A DNA stretch of 64,000 nt from an uncultured delta proteobacterium (GCA_963848295.1 CAWKDB010000002.1:160001-224000); one strand, 5' to 3'. Shown: positions 22,668 through 32,982, numbered from the stretch's first letter. Made by a program: numbers and translations. The notes: a model not told the origin generated them from the sequence alone.

Positions 22668-23363
22668 CGCTGCGCCTCGTCATCGACCCGTGGGGCGAGC
22701 CCGCGCCGCGCAAGATCCAGCAGGCGATCGACGCGTTGCACGCCGGTGGCGTCGCGGCCTACCCGACCGATTCGATCTATGCGCTCGGCTGCGCGCTCGA
22801 AGCGCGCGATGCGATCGAGCGGATCTTTCGCGCGAAGCAAATGAACAAGAACCAGCGGCTCGCGCTGATCTGCCCGGACCTGTCGACCGCGTCCGAGTTC
22901 GGCATGTTCTCGCAGACCGCGTTTCGGCTCGCGCAGCGGATCTTCCCCGGCCCGTACACGCTGGTCGTGCCGGCGACCCGCGCGGTGCCGCGCACGCTCA
23001 CCGATCACAAGCGGCGCACCGTCGGCATCCGCGTGACCAGCCATCCGATCGCGCAAGCCCTGGCACGGGGGCTCGGGCGGCCGCTGCTGACGTCGAGCGC
23101 GATCGTGCCCGAGAGCCACGAGCCGTGTCGCGACGCGGACGAGATCCTCGAGGCTTTCGGCAACGCGCGTCGACGTCGTGATCGATGCGGCGCAGACGCC
23201 AGCGGAGCCGTCGACCGTGATCGAGGTCGACGGCGAGGAGATCCGCCTGCTGCGCCAGGGCCAGGGCCCGGTCGAGGGCCTGTTCGAGATCGAAGAGGTC
23301 GCCGCGCCCGCGGCGGCTGGTGGCTCGCGGCGCCGCGCGTCGCGCGTCGCGCTAAGAAATTGA
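22664..23363 (+). CDS. Sua5/YciO/YrdC family protein (frameshift near 23168)
   Basis: [38 protein letters not shown]...LLRQGQG. Confidence 0.88.
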
Positions 23364-23519
23364 TCACTTGATCAACAGGCGACAGGCAACAGGCAGTGCC
23401 TGAGGATTGCACGGCATCCGGTATTCGGATCCAGAGGATCCATGGCGGCGGCCCGGCCCCATCCCTTCCGTCGTTGCCTGTTGCCTGTTGCCTGCTGCCT
23501 GTTGATCAGTTGATCAATT
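23358..23519. repeat. 162-bp element with 38-bp imperfect terminal inverted repeats (MITE-like or bidirectional terminator)
   Basis: Left arm AATTGATCACTTGATCAACAGGCGACAGGCAACAGGCA versus reverse complement of right arm AATTGATCAACTGATCAACAGGCAGCAGGCAACAGGCA: 34/38 identical. Confidence 0.8.
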
Positions 23520-23535
23520 CGCCGGAACACGGAAA

Positions 23536-26328
23536 TCAATGATGGTGATGATGGTGCTCCGGCGCGGCCGGCGCACCGGGCGCGGGCGCCGCACCTTCAC
23601 ACTTGTCCGGGACGGCGAGCGTCGCGGGCAGCTTCGGGTCGATCATGGCGGCCACCCGGCCGACTTCACACGGCGGCGTGATCTTGTCCTTGATCTCCTC
23701 GAGGTAGGCCTGCGCTTGCTTCTTGTCGTCCTCGGTCACGGTCTTGCGGGCGACGAGCGCCTCGGCTCGCGTCAGCTTCGCGGCGGGCGTGAACGCCGCT
23801 TCTTCCTTGCTGACCGCATCGATCATGTCGAGCGCCGCGTCGGGATCGTTCTTCGCCAGCAGGATCTTCGCATCGAGCGCCCGCGCCGGCAGGTAGCCGG
23901 AGTTCGCCTTGAGCGCTGCGTCGATCTGTTTTTGCGCGCCGTCGACGTCTTTCGCCGCGAGCAAGATGTCGGCGAGCGCGGTGTGCGTGCGGTAGGCGAG
24001 CGGGTTCGGCGACTCTTCGGTGATGTCGGTGAGCGCTTGCTCGAGCTGGGGTTGCGCGTCCTTGTTGTCGCCGACCATCCAGTAGCCCATGCCGAGCGCG
24101 TGGCGGCCGAGCTTGCTCTTCGCTCTGCGGGCGAGCTTCTCGAGCGCATCGGCGGCGGCCGCGCGTTCCTTGTCGGTGCTCGCGACGAGCCGCGCTTCTT
24201 CGCGCAGGATCTGAGCCTCGAGGTTGTCCGGCGCCTTCTTGAGGATCTCGTCGGCGTCGGCCATCGCGTCTTTCGGCTTGTTGAGATCGAGCTCGGCGTA
24301 GGCGCGCAGCAAGCGCTGGCGCACCCCATCGATCTTCGACGCGGTATCGAGCGCGCGATCCGGCAGGCCACGCGCGAGGTACAGGCCGGCATCGACGAGG
24401 GTCACGCTCGGATCGGGCTCGGCGTCCGACTTGCCCGGTGCGGTCGGATTCTTGGGATCGATGTGAACCGTGCCGTAGTACGCGACCTTGTTGCGGGCGG
24501 TCGCGGCGAAGGCGAACTCGCCGCGCGTCAGGTAGACCCACGCGACGCGTGACCAGAACCGCGGCTCGATCGGCGGCTTGTTCGCGACCGCTTTCGCGAG
24601 CGCTTCGGCCGAGTGCGTATAGTCCTCGATCCCGGCTTGCGCGAGCGCGAGCGCGAGGAACCGATACGATGCGACGCGCGGCCCGAGCTTCTTGTCGAGC
24701 TTGACGTTGAGATCGTCGATCGCCTCGTCACCCTGCACGGATGACTCGGCGCGGGCGAGCGCACGGCCGACGAGCGCGAGCGGATGATCCTTGGACTTCG
24801 CGAGCACCTTCTCGTACAGCGCGAGGCCATCGTCGAGCTGGCCATCGTCGATCATCAGATCGGCTTCATCGATCATCGCGACCGTGAGGCCGCCATCGCC
24901 CTCGGCGGCGGCCCGCAGCGCCGCGCTCGCCGCCTTGCGCTCACCGGCCGCCAGCATCGCGCGCGCCTTGAGCCAGTGCGCCCACTTGTCGCCGTCGTTC
25001 TTCGCGAGGAACTCGTCGAGCTTCGTGCGCTCGTTGGCGAGCGCGGTCGCAGCATTATCGTTCGTACCGAGCTTCGCGAGCTCGACCGCGGCCCTTCCGA
25101 TCACGACCTCGCGCCAGCCCGGATCTCCCGGCTTGAGCGCGCCCGTGGTGCCCTTGATCGCTTCGGTCGCGAGGCCCGGATCGAGGCCGTAGAGCAGCGA
25201 CTCGAGCCCGCCGCTCTGCGCGAAGTCCGCGATCGACACGACGTTCGCCGGATCGATCTTGAGCGCCTCTTGCAGCTTGCTGAGGCTGAGCTCGAACCCG
25301 GCGAAGTCGCCGTTGGCGATCGCCTGCGTCGCATCTTTCTGCAGCTTCGCGATCGCGTCGGCCTTCTGCTTCTCGCTCCAGAAGTACCAGGTGGTGCCGC
25401 CGCCGAGGCCGAGCACGAGGACCACGAACAAGAAGATGAACGATCGCCGGGTCGAGCGTCCCCAGCGGCGATCCGGCCGCAGGTCGTACTCGGCGTCGGC
25501 CACGCGCACGCCCGCGACCTCGAGCAGGCCGCCGGTCAGCAGGTCGTTGAGGTAGTTCTCGCCGACCGCGGCGGATTGCCGCAGCGAGGCCGCGGCTGCG
25601 TTCTGGGGCTTCGCGCCGGAGATCACGCGTGGTCGGACGCCGTCGATATTCACCGGCGGCGGCGCGGTCGGCTTGTGGCCACGGCTCTGGTCGGGTGCGA
25701 GCCCGCTCGGCTGCGGCGCCGGCGCGATCGGCGCGGGCTGTGCGGCCATCGGGGCGCTGCGCGGGGCCTTCGGCGGCGGCGGCGCGGCCGCGGGCGCGGG
25801 CCTCGGCGGCGCAGACCTCGGCGGCGTGCGCGCGATCGGGGCCTCGTTCTCGGTCTCGCCGCGCGGCGGGACCGGGGTGGGAATCGGCGGAGCCGAGTCG
25901 AGCGTCTGGCCGGAGCGCGCGCGCTTGAGCATCGACAGGATCGCCGGGCTGGTCGGATCGAGGTTCTGCGCGTGCTGGAGCACCGGCACCGCGCGCTCGA
26001 AGTCGCTCCGCCTGAGCAACACCTCGCCGAGCAGCGCGAACCCGACCCGATTCGACTTGTCGACCTTGACGACCCGGAGCAGCTCGCCCTGGGCCTCTTT
26101 CCATTGATGGAGCGAGGCATGGGCCCGCGCGACCATCACGCGCCCTTCGAGGCTGTCCGGAGCGGCCTCGAGGCCGATCGTGCCGACCCCGATCGCGTCC
26201 TTGGGACGGCCGAGGGCCAGGTACGCTTCACCGAGGTCGATGAACGCCGGTGACGAGGGGTCACGGCGCACCAAGTCGATGAGCTCCTCGATTTCTTGAG
26301 CCGTTGGCCGGCGATCGGTATCGACCAT
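23536..26328 (-). CDS. Large TPR membrane protein (cytoplasmic TPRs, Pro-rich linker, TM, periplasmic TPRs)
   Basis: Multiple TPR-like helices, TM FIFLFVVLVLGLGGGTTWYFW, ends EHHHHHH. Confidence 0.85.
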   Translation of the reverse strand: MVDTDRRPTAQEIEELIDLVRRDPSSPAFIDLGEAYLALGRPKDAIGVGTIGLEAAPDSLEGRVMVARAHASLHQWKEAQGELLRVVKVDKSNRVGFALLGEVLLRRSDFERAVPVLQHAQNLDPTSPAILSMLKRARSGQTLDSAPPIPTPVPPRGETENEAPIARTPPRSAPPRPAPAAAPPPPKAPRSAPMAAQPAPIAPAPQPSGLAPDQSRGHKPTAPPPVNIDGVRPRVISGAKPQNAAAASLRQSAAVGENYLNDLLTGGLLEVAGVRVADAEYDLRPDRRWGRSTRRSFIFLFVVLVLGLGGGTTWYFWSEKQKADAIAKLQKDATQAIANGDFAGFELSLSKLQEALKIDPANVVSIADFAQSGGLESLLYGLDPGLATEAIKGTTGALKPGDPGWREVVIGRAAVELAKLGTNDNAATALANERTKLDEFLAKNDGDKWAHWLKARAMLAAGERKAASAALRAAAEGDGGLTVAMIDEADLMIDDGQLDDGLALYEKVLAKSKDHPLALVGRALARAESSVQGDEAIDDLNVKLDKKLGPRVASYRFLALALAQAGIEDYTHSAEALAKAVANKPPIEPRFWSRVAWVYLTRGEFAFAATARNKVAYYGTVHIDPKNPTAPGKSDAEPDPSVTLVDAGLYLARGLPDRALDTASKIDGVRQRLLRAYAELDLNKPKDAMADADEILKKAPDNLEAQILREEARLVASTDKERAAAADALEKLARRAKSKLGRHALGMGYWMVGDNKDAQPQLEQALTDITEESPNPLAYRTHTALADILLAAKDVDGAQKQIDAALKANSGYLPARALDAKILLAKNDPDAALDMIDAVSKEEAAFTPAAKLTRAEALVARKTVTEDDKKQAQAYLEEIKDKITPPCEVGRVAAMIDPKLPATLAVPDKCEGAAPAPGAPAAPEHHHHHH

Positions 26329-26410
26329 GGAGCCGCCGATCCAGGGTAACCCAGCCGGGGCGGCTACGGCAAATGGCGCCCGGTCATCTTAAGCCGGATA
26401 CACTGCGCGG

Positions 26411-27487
26411 GTGGGAAGCAGCTACGGCGTGCTGTTCCGGATCACGACGTTCGGCGAGTCGCACGGGCCCGCGCTCGGCGTCGTCGTCGATGGTTGCCCG
26501 GCGCGCCTGCCGATCGATGTCGGACAGATCCAGACCGAGCTCGACCGTCGCCGACCCGGGCAGTCGCGGCTGACGAGCCCGCGCAAGGAAACCGACCACA
26601 TCGAGATCTTGTCGGGAGTGCTCGACGGCGTCGCCCTCGGCACCCCGATCGCGATGACCGTCCGCAACGAGGACGCTCGGGGCAAGGATTACGAGGCGAT
26701 CGCGCGCGCGTATCGGCCGAGCCACGCGGACTACACGTACGACGCGAAGTACGGTGTCCGCGCCGTCGCCGGTGGCGGTCGGGCGAGCGCCCGCGAGACG
26801 CTCGGCCGGGTCGCCGGCGGGGCGATCGCGCAGCAGCTGCTCGCTCGCGCCGGCGTGCAGATCGTCGCGTGGGTCGACGAGGTCGCGGGGATCGCGGCGA
26901 GCGTCGACAGCGCGGCGGTCTCGCGCGTCGCGGTCGACGGCAACGAGATCCGCTGTCCCGATCCCGCGGTCGCGGCGCAGATGATCGAGCGCGTCGAGCG
27001 TGCCCGCAAGGATGGCGATTCGGTCGGCGGCGTGATCCGCGCGGTCGCGCGGGGCGTACCCGCGGGCTGGGGCGAGCCTGTGTTCGACAAGCTCGACGGC
27101 GAGCTCGCGAAGGCGATGATGAGCATCCCCGCGGTCAAGGGCGTCGAGGTCGGCTCGGGCTTCGCTGGCACGCTCCTGACCGGCAGCGAGCACAACGACT
27201 TGTTCTACCGCCGGCCCGACGGCGCGATCGGCACGCGGACGAATCGCTCCGGCGGGATCCAGGGCGGCATCTCGAACGGCGAGCCGATCGAGCTGCGCAT
27301 CGCGTTCAAGCCGACCGCGACGATCATGCGCGCGCAGGACACGGTCGATCGCGACGGCAATCCGACCGTGCTCGAGCCGAAGGGCCGCCACGATCCGTGC
27401 GTACTGCCGCGCGCGGTGCCGATCGTCGAGGCGATGTTCGCGCTCGTGCTCGCGGATATGCATCTGCGGCAGCGCGCGCGCGGTTAG
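26411..27487 (+). CDS. aroC: Chorismate synthase
   Basis: [48 protein letters not shown]. Confidence 0.97.
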   Translation: MGSSYGVLFRITTFGESHGPALGVVVDGCPARLPIDVGQIQTELDRRRPGQSRLTSPRKETDHIEILSGVLDGVALGTPIAMTVRNEDARGKDYEAIARAYRPSHADYTYDAKYGVRAVAGGGRASARETLGRVAGGAIAQQLLARAGVQIVAWVDEVAGIAASVDSAAVSRVAVDGNEIRCPDPAVAAQMIERVERARKDGDSVGGVIRAVARGVPAGWGEPVFDKLDGELAKAMMSIPAVKGVEVGSGFAGTLLTGSEHNDLFYRRPDGAIGTRTNRSGGIQGGISNGEPIELRIAFKPTATIMRAQDTVDRDGNPTVLEPKGRHDPCVLPRAVPIVEAMFALVLADMHLRQRARG

Positions 27488-27789
27488 ACCCGCACGCAGC
27501 GCCCCGCGCAGACCTTCAGCTCCCAGCCGTGGCGCGCGCACACGATCGTCTCGCCGACGACGTAGCCGTCGCTGATCCGGCCGCCGTCGTGCGGGCACTC
27601 GTCGTCGACGACCACGACCTTGCCGCTGGTCAGCCGCGCGATCGCCACGAACCGGCCGCGGTCGCGCGCTCCGATCACGCCGCCGGCGGGAAGCGTCGCC
27701 AGATCGACGTCGCCGAGCTCGCGCGGCGCCGGCTCGCGCTCGGGGTCGTACCCGAGCTCGTCGACGAGACGCGCCGCGATCGTGGCCAT
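27484..27789 (-). CDS. Small Rieske [2Fe-2S] domain protein
   Basis: CPH...CARHGW ligand motifs. Confidence 0.75.
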   Translation of the reverse strand: MATIAARLVDELGYDPEREPAPRELGDVDLATLPAGGVIGARDRGRFVAIARLTSGKVVVVDDECPHDGGRISDGYVVGETIVCARHGWELKVCAGRCVRV

Positions 27790-27903
27790 GTCAGCGACGG
27801 TAACGGCTGGATCTGACGCCGGCCGGCCGCGTCGCTCGAGCGGTACGCCGCAAGTTGCTGCAATTCTTGCCGTCGTCGGAGATCTCCACTAACGTGGGCC
27901 AAC

Positions 27904-28857
27904 GTGGCGGCGGTCCTCGTCCACATCGACCTCGACGACGAGCGTCCGCTTCCGGCATCGCTGGTCGCGCTCGCCGCCGGGCGTGACATCGCCTCGTCGT
28001 GGGGCGCGACGCTGTACGCCGCGGTGATCGTGCACGACTCGGGCGAGCGGTCACCCGCCGACTCACTCGCCGCCGCGAACGTTCCGGGCCTCGGCGCGAT
28101 CGAGAGCGCGCTCGCGCGCGCCGGCGCCGACAAGGTCGTCGTCGCGACCACGGATGCGCCGATCTCGCCGCTGTGGGAGACCGTCGGCGGCGCGTGGCAG
28201 CGCGTGATCAGTCAGCTGCGACCGCGCCTCGTGTTGTTCGGGGCGGATGCGCCTTCGGCGCCGGAGCTCGCGCCGCGCACCGGCGCACGCATCGGCGCGC
28301 GCTTGCTCGCCCGGGCGCGCGCGATCGGCATCGACGATGTCGAGCTCCGCGATCGCGACGGCGGCTACGCGCGGATCGGCGACACCGGCGCGGTGGTCGC
28401 GATGATCGGCGGCCGGGCTGGCGCGCTGGCCGGCGACGATGATGTCGATCTCGTCGCGATTCCCGATCCGGACGATGCGCCGTGGAGGATCGAGCTCGGC
28501 GGCTCGCGCGCGGCCGACATCGTCCACGTCGGCGGCGTCGTGATCGCGATCGGAGACGACGTCGCGGGCGATCCGCACATCGTCGCGAGCGCGCGCCGGC
28601 TCGCGGATGCGCTCGGCGGTCAGCTCGTCGGCAATCGCGGCGGCCGTGCGATCGTGCCGGCCGGGTCGATCGTCGAACGCGCCACACCGCTCGCGCCGGA
28701 CCTGTGCGTGACGCTCGGCGCCGCGCAGCTCGATCTCGCGGGCTCGACGAGCCTGGTCCGGATCGGCGTCGGCGCCGGCCGCACCGCCGATGGCGCCCTG
28801 CCCGGTCCGGTCGGCCCCGCGCTCGACGCGTTGCTCGACGCGTTGGAGGCGATGTGA
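27904..28857 (+). CDS. Highly divergent electron transfer flavoprotein alpha-like protein
   Basis: LARAGADKVVV, PRLVLFGA, ELAPRTGARIG, LADALGG, APDLCVTLG follow the EtfA layout; FAD-binding motifs are degenerate. Confidence 0.65.
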   Translation: MAAVLVHIDLDDERPLPASLVALAAGRDIASSWGATLYAAVIVHDSGERSPADSLAAANVPGLGAIESALARAGADKVVVATTDAPISPLWETVGGAWQRVISQLRPRLVLFGADAPSAPELAPRTGARIGARLLARARAIGIDDVELRDRDGGYARIGDTGAVVAMIGGRAGALAGDDDVDLVAIPDPDDAPWRIELGGSRAADIVHVGGVVIAIGDDVAGDPHIVASARRLADALGGQLVGNRGGRAIVPAGSIVERATPLAPDLCVTLGAAQLDLAGSTSLVRIGVGAGRTADGALPGPVGPALDALLDALEAM

Positions 28858-29510
28858 CGATCGCGGTGTGGCTCGGCTCGGCCGCGCCGTTGCGCTCGGT
28901 GCGCTGGCTCGACGGTGCGCTCGCCGCCGCCGCGCGGCTCGGGCCTGCGACCGCGATCGCGGCCGGCGACGCGACCTGGCTCGAGCTCGCGGCCGATCGC
29001 GCGGCGCGCGCGCGCTGCGCCTGCATCGGCGTACCGACCGAGCTCAAGCTCGACTACCTCGGCTGGGCCCAGATCGTCGCCGCGGTCGCGCGCGAGCTCG
29101 GCGCCGCGACGATCCTCGTCGACGAAGCGAGCCGGCCGGAACGCGCACCCGAGGTCGGCGCGATCGCCGAGCTGCTCGATGTCGCGCAGTTGACCCGCGC
29201 GGTCGCGCTGTGGGCCGAGGGCGCGCTGCTCCACGCGAGCCGTGCGGTAGGATCGTCGCTCGACACGGTGAAGCTACGCGGCCCGGCGGTGATCGGCGTG
29301 CGGCTCGCGGCCGCGGCGCTCGACGAGTATCCGACGCCCGCGCCCGCGGTCGCGCTGCGCCGCATGGATCTCACCGCGCTCGGCCTCGATCCGAACGTGC
29401 TCGCGCATCGCGCGTTGCCGCCGCGGGTGGCGCAACCACCGCGCGATACGGCCGCGAAGGTCGCCGAGCACCTCATCACCCACATCGTCCGCCAGGCGAG
29501 CGAGGCCTGA
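28854..29510 (+). CDS. Highly divergent electron transfer flavoprotein beta-like protein
   Basis: AQIVAAV, IAELLDVAQLT, GPAVIGV...EYP follow the EtfB layout; GTGA overlap. Confidence 0.6.
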   Translation: MTIAVWLGSAAPLRSVRWLDGALAAAARLGPATAIAAGDATWLELAADRAARARCACIGVPTELKLDYLGWAQIVAAVARELGAATILVDEASRPERAPEVGAIAELLDVAQLTRAVALWAEGALLHASRAVGSSLDTVKLRGPAVIGVRLAAAALDEYPTPAPAVALRRMDLTALGLDPNVLAHRALPPRVAQPPRDTAAKVAEHLITHIVRQASEA

Positions 29511-29513
29511 GCC

Positions 29514-30932
29514 ATGGCCGCAGCCGCTGCCCAACTCGCGGTCGGCGTCATCGCACCGTCGCATCTCGCGGCGACCGCGCTCGAGGCACTCGAGGTGCGC
29601 GGCATCGAAGCGCGCGCGGTCGATGCGGGGGTCGAAGCGCGTGCGACCCGAGGCACCGACACCGGGATCATCGGCTGGGCACTCGATGCACCGCCGCCGC
29701 CGAAGCTCGCACTCGAGCTCGCCGCGACTTGCGCGCGCGCCGCCGCGGCCGGCCGCCCGGTGTGCTTGCTCGCCCCAGCGCCGCGAGGATCGGGCCGCAC
29801 CGCGATCGAGCGCGCCGCGACGCTGGCGTACCTCCGCGCTCATGGCGCCGCCTTGTGCCACGACGTGGACGTCTGGCTCGAAGCGATGGTCGCGCTCGTG
29901 CGGTTCGGATTGCCGTCCGGCCCGCGCTGCGCGGTGATCGCGCCCGCCGGGTCGTGGCTCGAGGCGCAGACTCAAGCGCTGTCGCTCGAGGCCGACCTCG
30001 TCGGCGCACGCCCGCCGGTCGTGGCCAAGGCCGACGATCCGACCGACGTCATCCTCTACGACGAAGCCGCCGGACCGCCGCCGGCAGGGCGATTCGCGAT
30101 CCCGGTCGTGCCGCGCGGCGAGCTCGTCGATCCGAAACGCCCGGCGTTGTTCGGAGTGCGCGCAGCGCTCGGCGCGATCGCGATCCTCGGTCGCGCGGCA
30201 CAACGCATCGCGATCGGCTTGGGCCCGGCCGACCCGAGCGCGACCGCGGAGCTCGCGATCGATGCCGCGCTGCTGGCGCGCAGCATCGCGAAGCACGGCC
30301 CCGAGCCGCGGCTCGGCGATCACGAGACGAAGTTGTTGCTGCGCGCTTACGGCGTGGCGATCACCCGCCAGACCGTCGCGACCACGCCGTCCGCGGCGGT
30401 CAAGGACGCGCGCAAGGTCGGGTTCCCGGTCGAGATCAAGCCGTGGGGCTTCGACGTCCCGAGCGAGCCGGCCGGCTGCCCGGTCGAGCGCGGGATCACG
30501 AGCGACGCGTTGGTCCGCCGTGGGTTCTCCGCCGTGCTCGCCGCCGCCGGCCGGTTGCCGACGACGACCGATGGCGGCGCGGTGATCGTGCGCGAAGCCC
30601 CTCCGCCCGGACGCGAAGTCTCGGCGACGTTCATCAAGCTGCCCGCGCTCGGCTGGACGGTCGTGCTCGACGTGCCTGGCGCGCCCGCGATCGCCGCCGC
30701 ACCCGCACCGTTGCGGCTGCTCGATGCCCAGGCCCTCGCCGCCACGCTCGTCGCCTCGCGCGCCGCGGATGCCGAGCCCGATCGCGCCGGCCTCGCGAAC
30801 TTGTTGCGCCGCGCCTCGCACCTCGTCGTCGACCTCGACACCCGGCTGACCAAGCTCGAGCTGTCGCGCATCGTCGTCGGCGCGCGCGGCTCGCGCACGC
30901 TCGTGATCGACGCATACGCCGAGCTGTCATGA
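29514..30932 (+). CDS. Divergent acetate--CoA ligase (ADP-forming)-like protein with ATP-grasp C-terminus
   Basis: LGDHETKLLLRAYGV, AARKVGFPVEIK-like segment, PPGREV, LVIDA; catalytic motifs absent. Confidence 0.65.
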   Translation: MAAAAAQLAVGVIAPSHLAATALEALEVRGIEARAVDAGVEARATRGTDTGIIGWALDAPPPPKLALELAATCARAAAAGRPVCLLAPAPRGSGRTAIERAATLAYLRAHGAALCHDVDVWLEAMVALVRFGLPSGPRCAVIAPAGSWLEAQTQALSLEADLVGARPPVVAKADDPTDVILYDEAAGPPPAGRFAIPVVPRGELVDPKRPALFGVRAALGAIAILGRAAQRIAIGLGPADPSATAELAIDAALLARSIAKHGPEPRLGDHETKLLLRAYGVAITRQTVATTPSAAVKDARKVGFPVEIKPWGFDVPSEPAGCPVERGITSDALVRRGFSAVLAAAGRLPTTTDGGAVIVREAPPPGREVSATFIKLPALGWTVVLDVPGAPAIAAAPAPLRLLDAQALAATLVASRAADAEPDRAGLANLLRRASHLVVDLDTRLTKLELSRIVVGARGSRTLVIDAYAELS

Positions 30933-31654
30933 AGGCGTGCGCGCTCGTGCTCGTGGTCGCGGCGTGCGGAGACAACTCCCGGGCGCCCGATCCGCTCGCC
31001 TACGACTGGGATGATCGGCGCGTGCTGTGCAGCCAGCCGATCGACGACTACGAGGTCCCGCTCGACTTCGGCCGGATCGACTTCGAGCTGTCGACCGCCG
31101 CGAAGAACGGCTACGTCGCGATCATGCATGCGCACGTCCCGACCGAGACGATCGCGCTCGCGACGCTCGAGCACGTCTTCGAGCTCGCCGATCACTACGA
31201 CCTGACGTACTTCACGTTTCGCGAGCTCGTGCCGAGCGCGACGCCGGTCGCCGGCCTCGCGTTCGCGTTCGACGACGACTCGCCCGATCAGTGGATGCTC
31301 GCGCGCGACATGCTGACCGCGCACGGCGCGAAGATCACGCTGTTCATCACGCGCTGGACCGAGATGACCGACGCCGAGCACGCCGAGATCGCGACGCTGC
31401 ACGGCGACGGCCACGACGTCGAGCCTCACACCGTCAACCATCTCCATGGAGCGGACTACGTCGCGCAATACGGCCTCGATGCGTACATGGCCGACGAGGT
31501 CTTGCCATCGTTCACCGCGCTGACCGATGCCGGCTATCCGACCCCGGTCGCGTTCGCGTATCCGTTCGGCGACCACACGCCCGAGATGGACGCGGCGATC
31601 TTGCCCTATGTCGATACGGTCAGGACGACGCCTGGGCCGTGCCCGAACTACTGA
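30929..31654 (+). CDS. Polysaccharide deacetylase family lipoprotein
   Basis: Lipobox VVAAC; FAFDDD, TLFI, HTVNH, FAYPFG NodB-like motifs. Confidence 0.8.
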   Translation: MKACALVLVVAACGDNSRAPDPLAYDWDDRRVLCSQPIDDYEVPLDFGRIDFELSTAAKNGYVAIMHAHVPTETIALATLEHVFELADHYDLTYFTFRELVPSATPVAGLAFAFDDDSPDQWMLARDMLTAHGAKITLFITRWTEMTDAEHAEIATLHGDGHDVEPHTVNHLHGADYVAQYGLDAYMADEVLPSFTALTDAGYPTPVAFAYPFGDHTPEMDAAILPYVDTVRTTPGPCPNY

Positions 31655-31663
31655 CGAGGTTCA

Positions 31664-31707
31664 GACGTGTCCGTCGACGTCGACGTGACACGTGCACGTC
31701 CACGATC
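31664..31707. repeat. Short (GACGTG/CACGTC)-type hexamer palindrome between convergent genes
   Basis: GACGTGTCCGTCGACGTCGACGTGACACGTGCACGTCCACGATC; shares its core with 45425-45490. Confidence 0.6.
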
Positions 31708-32982
31708 TCACTTCCTTGCTGCGGAAGCCGAGCCCGAACCCGCTGGCGCCTCGGCGACCTCGACGCTATCGCCGTCGATCAGCGACGGCACCGCGATCTT
31801 CACGATCTTCTCGTCGCCGGTCAGCCCGCCGCCGATCCACAGCGTCGCTCCGGTATCGCGCTCGATCACGATCTTCACGAAGTGGATCTTGTGCTCCGCA
31901 TCGACCGTGGCGACCCGAACGCCGGAGGCGTCGTTGTACAGCGCGGTCGAGGGAATCTCGACGACCCGGTGCGGGACCGAGAGCGTCACCTGAGCCTGCA
32001 CATACATGCCGGGCAGCAGCGCGCCGTCGCCGTTCGGCACCTGGATCTCCGTCGTCATCGTATGAAGCTCGGGATCGAGCGAGCCGGCCGAGCGCGTCAC
32101 CTTGCCGGGGAAGGTCCGATTCGAGTATTCGCGCGAGGTGACGGTCGCCGGGGTGCCCGGCTGCACGCTCGTCGCCACGGTCTGCGGCATATCGACGAAC
32201 ACGCGCACCGGATCGGTCGCGGCGAGCGTATAGATCGGCGTCGCGGTGCTCGCCGTCGTCGTGTCTCCGACGAGCTGGCCGCGCTCGACCGTGCGCGACG
32301 TGATCGTGCCGGCGAATGGCGCGGTGATCTTCGCGAACGAGGTCAGCTCGAGGAGCCGCTTCACGTTTGCCTGTTGCGCGACCACGTTCGCCTCGTCCGC
32401 GACGATCGTCGCCTGGTCGGCGCCCGCTTGCGCTTGCGCTTGCTCGACCGTGCCCTTCGCGACCAACGACTGGTCGAGCATGACCTGGTTGCGCGCCGCG
32501 TTCGAGGTCGAATACGTGGCCTGCGCCTTCGCCTGCTTGACCGCGGCTTCGGCCTGCAGCACTTGCGCGCGCGCCTGAGCGAGCTGCGCATCGACATCGG
32601 GGATCTCGATCTCGGCGAGCAGCTGGCCCGCGACGACCTTGTCGCCGATGTCGACGAGCCAGCGCTTCACGTAGCCGGCGGTGTGAGGATAGATCTTCGT
32701 CTCTTCGAGCGCGCGCACCGTGCCGGGCAGCTCGAGCGCGCGATCGGTCGCGAGCTGTTTGGGCGTGGTGACCTGGACCTTGATCGACCCGGTCTGGTCG
32801 CTGCCAACCGGGGCGAGGGCCGGGTCGTTGCGCCGCACATAGCCGAACGCGAACGCGCCACCGGCCAAGATCACGACGCCGACGAGCAGCTTGAGCTTCG
32901 AGCTTTGAGCCGGGGCCGGCAGCTCGAAGTCGAGCTCGTCGGGGGCATCATGAGGTTTGGTCGATTCAGTCAAGCAGGTCAT
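31708..32982 (-). CDS. RND efflux periplasmic adaptor (MFP) subunit
   Basis: GYVKRWLVDIGDKV, ITAPFAGTIT, LLPGMYV. Confidence 0.92.
   Translation of the reverse strand: MTCLTESTKPHDAPDELDFELPAPAQSSKLKLLVGVVILAGGAFAFGYVRRNDPALAPVGSDQTGSIKVQVTTPKQLATDRALELPGTVRALEETKIYPHTAGYVKRWLVDIGDKVVAGQLLAEIEIPDVDAQLAQARAQVLQAEAAVKQAKAQATYSTSNAARNQVMLDQSLVAKGTVEQAQAQAGADQATIVADEANVVAQQANVKRLLELTSFAKITAPFAGTITSRTVERGQLVGDTTTASTATPIYTLAATDPVRVFVDMPQTVATSVQPGTPATVTSREYSNRTFPGKVTRSAGSLDPELHTMTTEIQVPNGDGALLPGMYVQAQVTLSVPHRVVEIPSTALYNDASGVRVATVDAEHKIHFVKIVIERDTGATLWIGGGLTGDEKIVKIAVPSLIDGDSVEVAEAPAGSGSASAARK

Noticed and set aside
22397..23371. RlmE-YciO fusion protein in the ORF track
   Set aside because: Removing one base near 22655 gives GKKR-stop overlapping the next ATG (ATGA); it lies in the frameshift-error patch.
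23539..23556. Vector-derived His tag
   Set aside because: No vector or linker sequence; continuous genomic context.
28790..31654. 954-aa ORF and other long Arg/Ala-rich alternative-frame ORFs (e.g. 33270-36122, 53972-56197)
   Set aside because: Shadow ORFs typical of high-GC DNA overlapping well-supported genes; only 30929-31654 of this frame looks coding.
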